The notes under the pieces are model-generated. The model was not told the DNA's origin, did no database searches, and saw only the letters and a program-made list of their open reading frames with translations. The position numbers and the translations under genes were made by a program. Shown piece after piece: positions 63,310 to 64,000 of a DNA stretch of 64,000 bases. Source of the stretch: Podarcis muralis (taxonomy: Eukaryota); NCBI RefSeq assembly GCF_964188315.1, contig NC_135655.1, positions 68,820,001-68,884,000 on the forward strand, in the 5' to 3' direction. The first letter of the stretch is position 1. Each line of letters opens with the position of its first letter.

Positions 63310-64000
63310 GCCTACTGTAATGCTGCTCTCTGGAAATTAATAGGGGAGCCATTGTAGGCAGGTGAACCCCACATGCATTTTGCAATTCCTAAAGTTGTTA
63401 TCAACGGTTGAAACACAGGAAGCTGCCTTATACCAGATTAGACTATTGTTCATTTAGCCCAATACTCTTTACTCTTGGCTGGCAGTAGCTGCCTAAGGTC
63501 TCATTCGGAGGTCTTCCATACCATCTATTAGATAATTCTTTTAAACTGGATTTCTGCCTGCAAAGTGCATCCTCTTCCACTGAGCTTCATCTGTTTAGCA
63601 TTTTATTATGAACTTGCCCTTTGAGAATACAGTTTTTTCCAGGCATGCCAGCTGAACAGCGGCATGTTTTCTACCTCAAGTTAAGAGCAAAAGGTGGTTG
63701 TTTTTTTTTTTTTTGGTATAGTATTATTTTCTACGGGTTTAGTTAAATTGTTTTTCTTGTTATCTTGCCACCCTGATCAACTTTTTAAAAACCATGCATG
63801 AAAAGACACAAGCTTAACGTTTTCCTCCAGCATCAAAAACTTTGTACTAACATGGCCAGCATCCTGCATTTCCCCCCCTCTTCATTTCCTAAGCTATCAT
63901 AGATGTGACTGCTGATTATTTCATGACTAAAGCTTGTTAGTTTTTCGTTTTAATTCCCCATCTTGTTTCTGGCACCAGGGTGAGAAAAGAACCTTTCTTG

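Noticed and set aside
61576-64000. Next C11orf16 exon (LVEF...PGDKVLA-type motif)
   Set aside because: No matching reading frame found; it probably lies beyond the window.

Overview
Vertebrate genomic DNA, almost certainly from a squamate lizard. The repeats (Sauria SINEs, a Squam1/POM-like SINE, CR1, L2, RTE, hAT and Tc1/mariner MITEs) point to a lacertid such as Podarcis. The window matches the human 11p15.4 gene order, with all genes on +: NRIP3 (7 coding exons, 420-24467, 244 aa), TMEM9B (5 coding exons, 40870-48308, 191 aa), ASCL3 (one coding exon ending at 56034), and the first two coding exons of C11orf16 (60930-61575, continuing past the window). Three observations stand out. (1) An intact, intronless CFAP77 paralogue (275 aa, probable retrogene) sits in sense orientation inside NRIP3 intron 1. 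(2) NRIP3 intron 4 holds a three-level transposon nest (SINE > 1.43-kb composite hAT element > 178-bp hAT MITE, with exact 8-bp TSDs at both hAT levels), and the outer element carries a CpG-island/first-exon-like cargo. (3) A 922-bp TA-flanked Tc1/mariner MITE is built from tandem near-perfect ~58-bp-arm hairpins. Regulatory observations include a perfect CLEAR motif at TMEM9B, an RFX/forkhead promoter and a GC-AG donor at C11orf16, and TATA/Inr plus an overlapping uORF at ASCL3. Gene names come from my recall of vertebrate proteins and synteny; no database search was run.
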